Of a stretch of 64,000 nt of DNA, positions 28,701 to 46,600 are shown piece after piece. The position numbers were made by a program, and so were the translations under genes. The DNA comes from Bugula neritina (Eukaryota; Animalia; Bryozoa): the NCBI GenBank assembly GCA_964035545.1, contig OZ037771.1, positions 9,676,480-9,740,479 on the forward strand, read 5' to 3'. Below the pieces are notes generated by a model. The model ran no database searches and was not told the DNA's origin. It saw nothing but the letters and a program-made list of their open reading frames with translations. The first letter of the stretch is position 1, and each line of letters opens with the position of its first letter.

Positions 28701-31440
28701 ACATACTGCAACATACCAAAGTCCACTGTAAAATATTGAAATACAATGCAACACATTGGGATATACTGCAACACACTGAAATTTACTGCAACATACTGAA
28801 GTATACTGCAACATCCTGCAACAAACTGAAGTACACTGTAACATACTGATATTTACTGCAACACACTGAAATATACTGCAACATACTGAAATACACTGTA
28901 ACATACCAAAATAAACTGAAACATACTGCAACATACTGAAATACACTGTAACATACCAAAATAAACTGAAACATACTGCAACATACTGAAATACACTGTA
29001 ACATACCAAAATAAACTGAAACATACTGCAACATACTGAAATACACTGTAACATACTGAAATACACTGTAAAATATTGAAATACACTGCAACACATTGGA
29101 ATATACTGCAACACACTGAAATATACTGCAACATACCGAAATATACTGCAACATACTGCAACATAATGAAATACACTGCAACACATTGAAGTATACCGCA
29201 CCACACTGGAATATACTGCAACACATCCAAGAACATCGTAATATACGGACATGTACTGTAACATACTGAAATACACTGCAACAAACTACAACATACTGAA
29301 GTACACTGTACATATTGAAAAACACTGCAACACACTGAAATATACTGCAACACACTGAAATATACTGCAAAATACTCAAACATACCTCAACATACTGCAA
29401 CATACTGAAAGACACTACAACTCAATGAAGTATAGTGCAATATACAGAAATATACTGTCACTTACTGATATTTAATGTTACACACTGAAATATACTGCAA
29501 CATACTGAAATACACTGTAACATACCGAAATAAGCTGCAACATACTGCAACATACTGAAATACACTGTAACATGATGAAATACACTGCAACACATTGAAA
29601 TATACTGCAACAAAATGAAATATACTGCAACATACTGAAATGTACTGCAACATAGTGAAATACATTGCAACATTTCGAAGTATATCGTAATATACGGACA
29701 TGTACTGCAACATACTGAAATACACTGTAATATACTAAAATACACTGCAACATACTTAAATACACTTCAAAATTCTGCAACATATTTCAACATACTGAAA
29801 TAGACTGTAACATAATGAAATACACTGCAGCACATTGAAATATACTGCAACATACTGAAATGTACTGCAACATACTGAAATACACTGCAACATATTGAAG
29901 TATATTGTAATATGCGGACATGTACTGTAACATACTGAAACACACTGAAACATACTGAAACATACTGAAACATACTTCAACACACTGAAATATACTAAAA
30001 CATACTGAAATATACTGCAACATACTGCAACATACTGAAATACACTGTAACATACTGCAACATACTGAAATACACTGTAGCAAACTGAAATACACTGCAA
30101 CACATTGGAATATACTGCAACATGCCCAAATATATGGTAACATAATGAAATACCCTGCAACATACTGCAACATACTGAAGTACACTGTAAAATATTGAAA
30201 TACACTGCAACACATTGGAATATACTGCAACATACCCAAATAACTGGTAATATACTGAAGTATACTGAAAAACACTGTAACACATTGAAAAAAACCGCAA
30301 CATACTGAAAGACACTACAACTCATTGAAGTATAGTGTATTATACGGAAATGTACTGTAAAATACTGATATTTACTGCAACACACTGAAATATACTGCAA
30401 CATACCGAAATACACTGTAACATACCAAAAAAAACTGCAACATACTGCAACATACTGAAATACACAGTAACATACTAAAATACACTGCAACATTCTGCAA
30501 CATTCTTCTACATACTGAAAGACACTGTAACATAATGAAATAGACTGCAACACATTGAAATATACTGCAACACATCCAAGTACATCGTAATATACGGACA
30601 TGTACTGTAACATACTGAAACATACTGAAACAAACTGCAACATTCTGAAGTACACTGTAAAATATTGAAATACAATGCAACACATTGGAATATACTGCAA
30701 CACACTGAAATTTACTGCAACATACTGAAATATACTGCAACATACTGCAACATACTGAAATACATTGTAAAATACTGTAACATACCGAAATACACTGCAA
30801 CAAACTACAACATACTGAAGTACACTGTACATATTGAAAAACACTGCAACGCACTGAAATATACAGCAACACACTGAAATATACTGCAAAATACTGAAAC
30901 ATACCTCAACATACTGCAACATACTGAAAGACACTGCAACTCAATGAAGTATAGTGCAATATACAGAAATGTACTGTAACTTACTGATATTTAATGTTAC
31001 ACACTGAAATATACTGCAACATACTGAAATACAGTGTAACATACCGAAATAAGCTGCAACATACTGCAACATACTGAAATACACTGTAACATGATGAAAT
31101 ACACTGCAACACATTGAAATATACTGCAACAAAATGAAATATACTGCAACATACTGAAATGTACTGCAACATAGGGAAATACATTGCAACATTTTGAAGT
31201 ATATCGTAATATACGGACATGTACTGCAACATACTGAAATACACTGTAATATACTAAAATACACTGCAACATACTGAAATACACTTCAACATTCTGCAAC
31301 ATATTTCAGCATACTGAAATAGACTGTAACATAATGAAATACACTGCAACATACTGCATTATACTGAAGTACACTGTAAAAGATTGAAGTACATTGCAAC
31401 ACATTGGAATATACTGCAACACACTGAAATATACCGCAAC
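22775..31440 (-). repeat. 4647-bp-period near-tandem duplication (~22775-26795 and ~27421-31440)
   Basis: ORF pairs at offset 4647: 23230/27877, 23820/28467, 24136/28783, 25109/29756, 26294/30941. Confidence 0.94.
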
Positions 31441-31939
31441 ACACTGAAATATACTGCAACATACTGAAATACACTGTAACATACCTAAATAAGCTGCAAC
31501 ATACTGCAAAATACTGAAATACACTGTAACATGATGAAATACACTGCAACACATTGAAATATATTGCAACAAACTGAAATACATTGCAACATATCGAAGT
31601 ATATCGTAATATACGGACATGTACTGTAACTTACTGAAACACACTGAAACATACTGAAACATACTGAAGCATACTTCAACATACTGAAACACACTGTAAC
31701 ATAATGAAATACACTGCAACATACTGCAACATACTGAAGTACACTGTAAAATATTGAGATACAATGCAACACATTAGGATATACTGCAACCCACTGAAAT
31801 TTACTGCAACATACTGAAATATACTGCAACATCCTGCAACAAACTGAATTACACTGTAACATACTGATATTTACTGCAACACACTGAAATATACTGCAAC
31901 ATACTGAAATACACTGTAACATACCAAAATAAACTGAAA

Positions 31940-34900
31940 CATACTGCAACATACTGAAGTACACTGTAAAATATTGAAATACAATGCAACACATTGGGAT
32001 ATACTGCAACACACTGAAATTTACTGCAACATACTGAAATATACTGCAACATACTGCAACATACTGAAACATACTTCAACACACTGAAATGTACTAAAAC
32101 ATACTGAAATATACTGCAACATACTGCAACATACTGAAATACACCGTAAAAAACTGAAATACACTGCAACACATTGGAATACACTGCAACATACCCAAGT
32201 ATATGGTAATATACTGAAATATACTGCAACATACCGCAACGTTCTGAAAAACACTGTAACAAACTGAAATACGCTGCAACACATTGGAACATACTGCAAC
32301 ATACCCAAATAAATGGTAATATACCGAAATATACTGACATACACTGTAACACATTGAAAAACACTGCAACATACTGAAATACACTGTAACATACCAAAAA
32401 AACTGCAACATACTGCAACATACTGAAACACACTGTAACATATTAAAATACTGTGCAACATTCTGCAACATTCTTCAACATACTGAAACACACTGTAACA
32501 TAATGAAATACACTGCAACACATTGAAATATACCGCATCACACTGGAATATACTGCAACACATCCAAGTACATGGTATTCTACGGACATGTACTGTAACA
32601 TACTGAAACATACTGAAACATACTGCAACATTCTGAAGTACACTGTAAAATATTGAAATACAATGCAACACATTGGGATATACTGCAACACACTGAAATT
32701 TACTGCAACATACTGAAATATACTGCAACATCCTGCAACAAACTGAAGTACACTGTAACATTCTGATATTTACTGCAACACACTGAAATATACTGCAACA
32801 TACTGAAATACACTGTAACATACCAAAATAAACTGAAACACACTGCAACATACTGAAATACACTGTAACATACCAAAATAAACTGAAACATACTGCAACA
32901 TACTGAAATACACTGTAACATACTGAAATACACTGTAACATAATGAAATACACTGCAACATACTGCAACATACTGAAGTACACTGTAAAATATTGAAATA
33001 CAATGCAACACATTGGGATATACTGCAACACACTGAAATTTACTGCAACATACTGAAATATACTGCAACATACTGAAATACAGTGTAACATACCGAAATA
33101 AGCTGCAACATACTGCAACATACTGAAATACACTGTAACATGATGAAATACACTGCAACACATTGAAATATACTGCAACAAAATGAAATATACTGCAACA
33201 TACTGAAATGTACTGCAACATAGTGAAATACATTGCAACATTTTGAAGCATATCGTAATATACGGACATGTACTGCAACATACTGAAATACACTGTAATA
33301 TACTAAAATACACTGCAACATACTTAAATACACTTCAACATTCTGCAACATATTTCAACATACTGAAATAGACTGTAACATAATGAAATACACTGCAACA
33401 TACTGCATTATACTGAAGTACACTGTAAAAGATTGAAGTACATTGCAACACATTGGAATATACTGCAACACACTGAAATATACCGCAACATACTGAAATA
33501 TACTGCAACATACTGCAACATACTGAAATACACTGTAACATACTGCAAAATACTGAAATACACTGTAACAAACTGAAATACACTGCAACACATTGGAATA
33601 TACTGCAACATACCCAAATATATGGTAATATACTGAAATATACTGAAATACACTGTAACACATTGAAATATATTGCAACATACTGAAACACACTACAACT
33701 CACTGAGCTATAGTGCAATATACAAAAATGTGCTGTAACATACTGATATTTACTGTAACACACTGAAATGTACTCCAACATACTGAAATACACTGTAACA
33801 TTCGGAAATAAGCTGCAACATACTGCAACATACTGAAATACACTGTAACATACTAAAATACACTGCAACATACTAAAATACACTGCAACATTCTGCAACA
33901 TACTTCAACATACTGAAATACACTGTAACATAATGAAATACACTGCAACACATTGAAATATACTGCAACATACTGAAATGTACTGCAACATACTGAAATA
34001 CACTGCAACATATTGAAGTATATTGTAATATGCGGACATGTACTGTAACATACTGAAACACACTGAAACATACTGAAACATACTGAAACATACTTCAACA
34101 TACTGAAATATACTAAAACATACTGAAATATACTGCAACATACTGCAACATACTGAAATACACCGTAAAAAACTGAAATACACTGCAACACATTGGAATA
34201 TACTGCAACATACCCAAGTATATGGTTATATACTGAAATATACTGCAACATACAGCAACGTTCTGAAAAACACTGTAACAAACTGAAATACGCTGCAAGA
34301 CATTGGAACATACTGCAACATACCCAAATAAGTGGTAATATACTGTAATACACTGACATACACTGTAACACATTGAAAAACACTGCAACATACTGAAATA
34401 CACTGTAACATACCAAAAAACACTGCAACATACTGCAACATATTGAAATACACTGTAACATATTAAAATACTGTGCAACATTCTGCAACATTCTTCAACA
34501 TACTGAAATACACTGCAACACATTGAAATATACCGCATCACACTGGAATATACTGCAACACATCCAAGTACATCGTAATCTACGGACATGTACTGTAACA
34601 TACTGAAACATAATGAAACATACTGCAACATTCTGAAGTACACTGTAAAATATTGAAATACAATGCAACACATTGGGATATACTGCAACACACTGAAATT
34701 TACTGCAACATACTGAAATATACTGCAACATACTGCAACATACTGAAAGACACTGTAACATACTGTAACATACTGAAATACACTGCAACAAACTGCAACA
34801 TACTGAAGTGCACTGTACATATTGAAAAACACTGCAACACACTTAAATATACTGCAACACGCTGAGATATAATGCAAAACACTGAAATATACTTCAACAT

Positions 34901-36400
34901 ACTGCAACATACTGAAAAACACTGCAACTCACTGAAGTATAGTGCAATATACAGAAATGTACTCTAACATACTGATATTTAATGTTACACACTGAAATAT
35001 ACTGCAACATACTGAAATACACTGTAACATACCTAAATAAGCTGCAACATACTGCAACATACTGAAATACACTGTAACATGATGAAATACACTGCAACAC
35101 ATTGAAATATATTGCAACAAACTGAAATACATTGCAACATATCGAAGTATATCGTAATATACGGACATGTACTGTAACTTACTGAAACACACTGAAACAT
35201 ACTGAAACATACTGAAGCATACTTCAACATACTGAAACACACTGTAACATAATGAAATACACTGCAACATACTGCAACATACTGAAGTACACTGTAAAAT
35301 ATTGAAATACAATGCAACACATTGGGATATACTGCAACACACTGAAATTTACTGCAACATACTGAAATATACTGCAACATACTGCAACATACTGAAACAT
35401 ACTTCAACACACTGAAATGTACTAAAACATACTGAAATATACTGCAACATACTGCAACATACTGAAATACACCGTAAAAAACTGAAATACACTGCAACAC
35501 ATTGGAATACACTGCAACATACCCAAGTATATGGTAATATACTGAAATATACTGCAACATACCGCAACGTTCTGAAAAACACTGTAACAAACTGAAATAC
35601 GCTGCAACACATTGGAACATACTGCAACATACCCAAATATATGGTAATATACCGAAATATACTGACATACACTGTAACACATTGAAAAACACTGCAACAT
35701 ACTGAAATACACTGTAACATACCAAAAAAACTGCAACATACTGCAACATACTGAAACACACTGTAACATATTAAAATACTGTGCAACATTCTGCAACATT
35801 CTTCAACATACTGAAACACACTGTAACATAATGAAATACGCTGCAACACATTGAAATATACCGCATCACACTGGAATATACTGCAACACATCCAAGTACA
35901 TGGTATTCTACGGACATGTACTGTAACATACTGAAACATACTGAAACATACTGCAACATTCTGAAGTACACTGTAAAATATTGAAATACAATGCAACACA
36001 TTGGGATATACTGCAACACACTGAAATTTACTGCAACATACTGAAATATACTGCAACATCCTGCAACAAACTGAAGTACACTGTAACATACTGATATTTA
36101 CTGCAACACACTGAAATATACTGCAACATACTGAAATACACTGTAACATACCAAAATAAACTGAAACACACTGCAACATACTGAAATACACTGTAACATA
36201 CCAAAATAAACTGAAACATACTGCAACATACTGAAATACACTGTAACATACTGAAATACACTGTAACATAATGAAATACACTGCAACATACTGCAACATA
36301 CTGAAGTACACTGTAAAATATTGAAATACAATGCAACACATTGGGATATACTGCAACACACTGAAATTTACTGCAACATACTGAAATATACTGCAACATC
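31940..36400 (-). repeat. ~1.1-kb block duplicated at offset 3328 (~31940-33070 and ~35270-36400)
   Basis: ORF pairs 32094/35422, 32443/35771, 32770/36098. Confidence 0.85.
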
Positions 36401-39400
36401 CTGCAACAAACTGAAGTACACTGTAACATACTGATATTTACTGCAACACACTGAAATATACTGCAACATACTGAAATACACTGCAACATACCAAAATAAA
36501 CTGAAACATACTGCAACATACTGAAATACACTGTAAGATACCAAAGTAAACTGAAACATACTGCAACATACTGAAATACACTGTAACATACTGAAATACA
36601 CTGTAACATAATGAAATACACTGCAACATGCTGCAACATACTGAAGTACACTGTAAAATATTGAAATACACTGCAACACATTGGAATATACTGCAACACA
36701 CTGAAATATACTGCAACATACCGAAATATACTGCAACATACTGCAACATACTGAAATACACTGTAACATACTGCAACATACTGAAATACACTGTAGCAAA
36801 CTGAAATACACTGCAACACATTGGAATATACTGCAACATACCCAAATATATGGTAACATAATGAAATACCCTGCAACATACTCCAACATACTGAAGTACA
36901 CTGTAAAATATTGAAATACACTGCAACACATTGAAATATACTGCAACATACCCAAATAACTGGTAATATACTGAAGTATACTGAAATACACTGTAACACA
37001 TTGAAAAAGACTGCAACATACTGAAAGACACTACAACTCACTGAAGTATAGTGTATTATACGGAAATGTACTGTAACATACTGATATTTACTGCAACACA
37101 CTGAAATATACTGCAACATACTGAAATACACTGTAACATACTAAAATACACTGCAACATTCTGCAACATTCTTCTACATACTGAAAGACACTGCAACATA
37201 ATGAAATACACTGCAACACATTGAAATATACCGCAACACACTGGAATATACTGCAACACATCCAAGTACATCGTAATCTACGGACATGTACTGTAACATA
37301 CTGACACATAATGAAACATACTGCGACATTCTGAAGTACACTGTAAAATATTGAAATACAATGCAACACATTGGGATATACTGCAACACACTGAAATTTA
37401 CTGCAACATACTGAAATATACTGCAACATACTGCAACATACTGAAAAACACTGTAACATACTGTAACATACTGAAATACACTGCAAAAAACTGCAACATA
37501 CTGAAGTGCACTGTATATATTGAAAAACACTGCAACACACTTAAATATACTGCAACACGCTGAGATATAATGCAAAACACTGAAACATACTTCAACATAC
37601 TGCAACATACTGAAAGACACTACAATTCACTGAAGTATAGTGCAATATACAGAAATGTACTGTAACTTACTGATATTTAATGTTACACACTGAAATATAC
37701 CGCAACATACTGAAATACACTGTAACATACCGAAATAAGCTGCAACATACTGCAACATACTGAAAAACACTGTAACATGATGAAATACACTGCAACACAT
37801 TGAAATATACTGCAACAAAATGAAATATACTGCAACATACTGAAATGTACTGCAACATAGTGAAATACATTGCAACATATTGAAGTATATCGTAATATAC
37901 GGACATGTACTGCAACATGCTGAAATACACTGTAATATACTAAAATACACTGCAACATACTTAAATACACTTCAACATTCTGCAACATATTTCAACATAC
38001 TGAAATAGACTGTAACATAATGAAATACACTGCAACATACTGCATTATACTGAAGTACACTGTAAAAGATTGAAGTACATTGCAACACATTGGAATATAC
38101 TGCAACACACTGAAATATACCGCAACATACTGAAATATACTGCAACATACTGCAACATACTGAAATACACTGTAACATACTGCAACATACTGAAACACAC
38201 TGTAACAAACTGAAATACACTGCAACACATTGGGATATACTGCAACACACTGAAATTTACTGCAACATACTGAAATATACTGCAACATCCTGCAACAAAC
38301 TGAAGTACACTGTAACATACTGATATTTACTGCAACACACTGAAATATACTGCAACATACTGAAATACACTGTAACATACCAAAATAAACTGAAACACAC
38401 TGCAACATACTGAAATACACTGTAACATACCAAAATAAACTGAAACATACTGCAACATACTGAAATACACTGTAACATACTGAAATACACTGTAACATAA
38501 TGAAATACACTGCAACATACTGCAACATACTGAAGTACACTGTAAAATATTGAAATACAATGCAACACATTGGGATATACTGCAACACACTGAAATTTAC
38601 TGCAACATACTGAAATATACTGCAACATCCTGCAACAAACTGAAGTACACTGTAACATACTGATATTTACTGCAACACACTGAAATATACTGCAACATAC
38701 TGAAATACACTGTAACATACCAAAATAAACTGAAACATACTGCAACATACTGAAATACACTGTAACATACCAAAGTAAACTGAAACATACTGCAACATAC
38801 TGAAATACACTGTAACATACTGAAATACACTGTAACATAATGAAATACACTGCAACATGCTGCAACATACTGAAGTACACTGTAAAATATTGAAATACAC
38901 TGCAACACATTGGAATATACTGCAACACACTGAAATATACTGCAACATACCGAAATATACTGCAACATACTGCAACATACTGAAATACACTGTAACATAC
39001 TGCAACATACTGAAATACACTGTAGCAAACTGAAATACACTGCAACACATTGGAATATACTGCAACATACCCAAATATATGGTAACATAATGAAATACCC
39101 TGCAACATACTGCAACATACTGAAGTACACTGTAAAATATTGAAATACACTGCAACACATTGGAATATACTGCAACATACCCAAATAACTGGTAATATAC
39201 TGAAGTATACTGAAATACACTGTAACACATTGAAAAAGACTGCAACATACTGAAAGACACTACAACTCACTGAAGTATAGTGTATTATACGGAAATGTAC
39301 TGTAACATACTGATATATACTGCAACACACTGAAATATACTGCAACATACTGAAATACACTGTAACATACTAAAATACACTGCAACATTCTGCAACATTC

Positions 39401-39830
39401 TTCTACATACTGAAAGACACTGCAACATAATGAAATACACTGCAACACATTGAAATATACCGCAACACACTGGAATATACTGCAACACATCCAAGTACAT
39501 CGTAATCTACGGACATGTACTGTAACATACTGAAACATAATGAAACATACTGCAACATTCTGAAGTACACTGTAAAATATTGAAATACAATGCAACACAT
39601 TGGGATATACTGCAACACACTGAAATTTACTGCAACATACTGAAATATACTGCAACATACTGCAACATACTGAAAAACACTGTAACATACTGTAACATAC
39701 TGAAATACACTGCAACAAACTGCAACATACTGAAGTGCACTGTACATATTGAAAAACACTGCAACACACTTAAATATACTGCAACACGCTGAGATATAAT
39801 GCAAAACACTGAAATATACTTCAACATACT
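35995..39830 (-). repeat. ~1.6-kb block duplicated at offset 2229; each copy starts with a nested 340-bp tandem duplication
   Basis: ORF pairs 36028/38257, 36368/38597, 37056/39285, 37351/39580. The CATTGGGATA...TTTACTG...CATCCTGCAACAAAC module recurs at 36001/36341. Confidence 0.88.
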
Positions 39831-42800
39831 GCAACATACTGAAAAACACTACAACTCACTGAAGTATAGTGCAATATACAGAAATGTACTCTAACATACT
39901 GATATTTAATGTTACACACTGAAATATACTGCAACATACTGAAATACACTGTAACATACCTAAATAAGCTGCAACATACTGCAACATACTGAAATACACT
40001 GTAACATGATGAAATACACTGCAACACATTGAAATATATTGCAACAAACTGAAATACATTGCAACATATCGAAGTATATCGTAATATACGGACATGTACT
40101 GTAACTTACTGAAACACACTGAAACATACTGAAACATACTGAAGCATACTTCAACATACTGAAACACACTGTAACATAATGAAATACACTGCAACATACT
40201 GCAACATACTGAAGTACACTGTAAAATATTGAAATACAATGCAACACATTGGGATATACTGCAACACACTGAAATTTACTGCAATACACTGAAATATACT
40301 GCAACATCCTGCAACAAACTGAAGTACACTGTAACATACTGATATTTACTGCAACACACTGAAATATACTGCAACATACTGAAATACACTGTAACATACC
40401 AAAATAAACTGAAACATACTGCAACATACTGAAATACACTGTAACATACCAAAATAAACTGAAACATACTGCAACATACTGAAATACACTGTAACATAGT
40501 GAAAAACACTGCAACATACTGCAACATACTGAAGTACACTGTAAAATATTGAAATACACTGCAACACATTGGAATATACTGCAACACACTGAAATATACT
40601 GCAACATACTGAAATATACTGCAACATACTGCAACATACTGAAAAACACTGCAACATACTACAACATACTGAAGTACACTGTAAAATATTGAAATACACT
40701 GCAACACATTGGAATATACTGCAACATACTCAAATATATGGTAACTTAATGAAATACCCTGGAACATACTGCAACACACTGAAGTACACTGTAAAATATT
40801 GAAATACACTGCAACACATTAGAATATACTGCAACATACCCAAATAACTGGTAATATACTGAAGTATACTGAAATACACTGTAACACATTGAAAAAGACT
40901 GCAACATACTGAAAGACACTACAACTCACTGAAGTATAGTGTATTATACGGAAATGTACTGTAACATACTGATATTTACTGCAACAAACTGAAATATACT
41001 GCAACATACTGAAATACACTGTAACATACCAAAATAAACTGCAACATACTGCAACATACTGAAATACACTGTAACATATTAAAATACACTGCAACATTCT
41101 GCAACATTCTTCTACATACTGAAAGACACTGTAACATAATGAAATACACTGCAACACATTGAAATATACCACAACACACTGGAATATACTGCAACACATT
41201 CAAGTACATCGTAATATACGGACATGTACTGTAACATACTGAAACATACTGAAACAAACTGCAACATTCTGAAGTACACTGTAAAATATTGATATACATT
41301 GCAACACATTGGAACATACTGCAACACACTGAAGTTTACTGCAACATACTGAAATATACTGCAACATACTGCAACATACTGAAATACACTGTAACATACT
41401 GTAACATACTGAAATACACTGCAACAAACTACAACATACTGAAGTACACTGTACATATTGAAAAACACTGCAACACACTGAAATATACTGCAACACACTG
41501 AAATATACTGCAAAATACTGAAACATACTTCAACATACTGCAACATACTGAAAGACACTACAACTCACTGAAGTATAGTGCAATATACAGAAATGTACTG
41601 TAACTTACTGATATTTAATGTTACACACTGAAATATACCGCAACATACTGAAATACACTGTAACATACCGAAATAAGCTGCAACATACTGCAACATACTG
41701 AAAAACACTGTAACATGATGAAATACACTGCAACACATTGAAATATACTGCAACAAAATGAAATATACTGCAACATACTGAAATGTACTGCAACATAGTG
41801 AAATACATTGCAACATATTGAAGTATATCGTAATATACGGACATGTACTGCAACATGCTGAAATACACTGTAATATACTAAAATACACTGCAACATACTT
41901 AAATACACTTCAACATTCTGCAACATATTTCAACATACTGAAATAGACTGTAACATAATGAAATACACTGCAACATACTGCATTATACTGAAGTACACTG
42001 TAAAAGATTGAAGTACATTGCAACACATTGGAATATACTGCAACACACTGAAATATACCGCAACATACTGAAATATACTGCAACATACTGCAACATACTG
42101 AAATACACTGTAACATACTGCAACATACTGAAACACACTGTAACAAACTGAAATACACTGCAACACATTGGAATATACTGCAACATACCCAAATATATAG
42201 TAATATACTGAAATATACTGCAACATACCGCAACATACTGAGAAACACTGTAACAAACTGAAATATGCTGCAACACATTGGAATATACGGCAACATACCG
42301 AAAGAACTGGTAATATACTGAAATATACTGAAATAAACTGTAACACATTGAAATATATTGCAACATACTGAAACACACTACAACTCACTGAGGTATAGTG
42401 CAATATACAAAAATGTACTGTAACATACTGATATTTACTGTAACACACTGAAATATACTGCAACATACTGAAATACACTGCAACATTCGGAAATAAGCTG
42501 CAACATACTTCAACATACTGAAATACACTGTAACATACTAAAATACACTGCAACATACTAAATTACACTGCAACATTCTGCAACATACTTCAACATACTG
42601 AAATACACTGTAACATAACGAAATACACTGCAACATAATGAAGTATATTGTAATATGCGGACATGTACTGTAACATACTGAAACACACTGAAACATACTG
42701 AAACATACTGAAACATACTTCAACACACTGAAATATACTAAAACATACTGAAATATACTGCAACATACTGCAACATACTGAAATACACCGTAAAAAACTG

Positions 42801-43699
42801 AAATACACTGCAACACATTGGAATATACTGCAACATACCCAAGTATATGGTTATATACTGAAATATACTGCAACATACCGCAACGTTCTGAAAAACACTG
42901 TAACAAACTGAAATACGCTGCAAGACATTGGAACGTACTGCAACATACCCAAATAAATGGTAATATACTGTAATACACTGACATACACTGTAACACATTG
43001 AAAGACACTGCAACATACTGAAATACACTGTAACATACCAAAAAAAACTGCAACATACTGAAATACACTGTAACATATTAAAATACTGTGCAACATTCTG
43101 CAACATTCTTCAACATACTGAAAGACACTGTAACATAAAGAAATACACTGCAACACATTGAAATATACCGCATCATACTGGAATATACTGCAACACATCC
43201 AAGTACATCGTAATCTACGGACATGTACTGTAACATACTGAAACATACTGAAACATACTGCAACATTCTGAAGTACACTGTAAAATATTGAAATACAATG
43301 CAACACATTGGGATATACTGCAACACACTGAAATTTACTGCAACATACTGAAATATACTGCAACATACTGCAACATACTGAAATACACTGTAACATACTG
43401 TAACATACTGAAATACACTGCAACAAACGGCAACATACTGAAGTGCACTGTACATATTGAAAAACACTGCAACACACTTAAATATACTGCAACACGCTGA
43501 GATATAATGCAAAACACTGAAATATACTTCAACATACTGCAACATACTGAAAAACACTACAACTCACTGAAGTATAGTGCAATATACAGAAATGTACTCT
43601 AACATACTGATATTTAATGTTACACACTGAAATATACTGCAACATACTGAAATACACTGTAACATACCTAAATAAGCTGCAACATACTGCAACATACTG

Positions 43700-46600
43700 A
43701 AATACACTGTAACATGATGAAATACACTGCAACACATTGAAATATATTGCAACAAACTGAAATACATTGCAACATATCGAAGTATATCGTAATATACGGA
43801 CATGTACTGTAACATACTGAAACACACTGAAACATACTGAAACATACTGAAGCATACTTCAACATACTGAAATACACTGTAACATAATGAAATACACTGC
43901 AACACATTGAAATATACTGCAACAAACTGAAAAATACGGCAACATACTGAAATGTACTGCAACATACTTAAATACACTGCAACATATCGAAGAATATAGT
44001 AATATGCGGACATGTACTGTAACATACTGAAACACACTGAAACATACTGAAACATACTGAAACATGCTTCAACACACTGAAATATACTAAAAAATACTGA
44101 AATATACTGCACCATACTGCAACATACTGAAATACACCGTAAAAGACTGAAATACACTGCAACACATTGGAATATACTGCAACATACCCAAGTATATGGT
44201 AATATACTGAAACATACTGCAACATACCGCAACGTTCTGAAAAACACTGTAACAAACTGAAATACGCTGCAACACATTGGAATATACTGCAACATACTCA
44301 AATAAATGGTAATATACTGAAATATACTGAAATACACTGTAACACATTGAAAAATACTGCAACATACTGAAATACACTACAACTCACTGAAGTATAGTGT
44401 ATTATACGGAAATGTACTGTAACATACTGATATTTACTGCAACACACTGAAATATACTGCAACATACTGAAATACACTGTAACATACCAAAAAAAACTGC
44501 AACATACTGCAATATACTGAAATACACTGTAACATACTAAAATACACTGCAACGTTCTGCAACATTCTTCAACATACTGAAAGACACTGTAACTTAATGA
44601 AATACACTGCAACACATTGAAATATACCGCAACACACTGGAATACACTGCAACACATCCAAGTACATTGTAATATACAGACATGTACTGTAACATACTGA
44701 AACATACTGAAACAAACTGCAAAATTCTGAAGTACACTGTAAAATATTGAAATACAATGCAACACATTGGAATATACTGCAACACACTGAAATTTACTGC
44801 AACATACTGAAATATACTGCAACATACTGCAACATACTGAAATACACTGTAACATACTGTAACATACTGAAATACACTGTACATATTGAAAAACACTGCA
44901 ACACACTGAAATATACTGCAACACACTGAAATATACTTCAAAATACTGAAATATACTTCAACATACTGCAACATACTGAGAGACACTACAACTCACTGAA
45001 GTATAGTGCAATATCCAGAAATGTACTGTGACATACTGATATTTAATGTTACACACTGAAATAAACTACAACATACTGAAATACACTGAAACATACTGAA
45101 ACATACTGAAACATACTGAAACATACTGAAATACACTGCAACATACTGCAACATACTGAAACACACTGTAACATGATGAAATACACTGCAACACATTGAA
45201 ATATACTGCAACAAACTGAAATATACTGCAACATACTGAAACGTACTGCAACATACTGAAATACATTGCAACATATCGAAGTATATCGTAATATACGGAC
45301 ATGTACTGTAACATACTGAAACACACTGAAGCATACTGAAACATACTGAAATATACTGAATTACACTGTAACACACTGAAAAATACTGCAACATACTGAA
45401 ATACACTGTAACATACCCAAGTATATGGTAATATACTGAAATATACTGCAACATACCGCAACGTTCTGAAAAACACTGTAACAAACATAAATACGCTGCA
45501 AGACATTGGAATACCCAAATAAATGGTAATATACTGAAATATACTGACATACACTGTAACACATTGAAAAACACTGCAACATACTGAAATACACTGTAAC
45601 ATACCAAAAAAAACTGCAACATACTGCAACATACTGAAATACACTGTAACATATTAAAATACTCTGCAACATTCTGCAACATTCTTCAACATACTGAAAG
45701 ACACTGTAACATAATGAAATACACTGCAACACATTGAAATATACCGCATCACACTGGAATATACTGCAACACATCCAAGTACATCGTAATCTACGGACAT
45801 GTACTGTAACATACTGAAACATACTGAAACATACTGCAACATTCTGAAGTACACTGTAAAATATTGAAATACAATGCAACACATTGGGATATACTGCAAC
45901 ACACTGAAATTTACTGCAACATACTGCAACATACTGAAATACGCTGTAACATACTGTAACATACTGAAATACACTGCAACAAACTGCAACATACTGAAGT
46001 GCACTGTACGTATTGAAAAGCACTGCAACACACATAAATATACTGCAAAACTCTGAGATATACTGCAAAATACTGAAATATACTTCAACATACTGCAACA
46101 TACTGAAAAACACTACAACTCACTGAAGTATAGTGCAATATACAGAAATGTACTCTAACATACTGATATTTAATGTTACACACTGAAATATACCGCAACA
46201 TACTGAAATACACTGTAACATACCTAAATAAGCTGCAACATACTGCAACATACCGAAATACACTGTAACATGAAGAAATACACTGCAACACATGGAAATA
46301 TACTGCAACAAACTGAAATACATTGCAACATATCGAAGTATATCGTAATATACGGACATGTACTGTAACATACTGAAACACACTGAAACATACTGAAACA
46401 TACTGAAACATACTTCAACATACTGAAATACGCTGTAAGATAATGAAATACACTGCAACATACTGCAACATACTGAAGTACACTGTAAAATATTAAATTA
46501 CACTGCAACACATTGGAATATACTGCAACACACTGAAATATACTGCAACATACTGAAATATACTGCAACATACTTCAACACACTGAAATATACTAAAACC

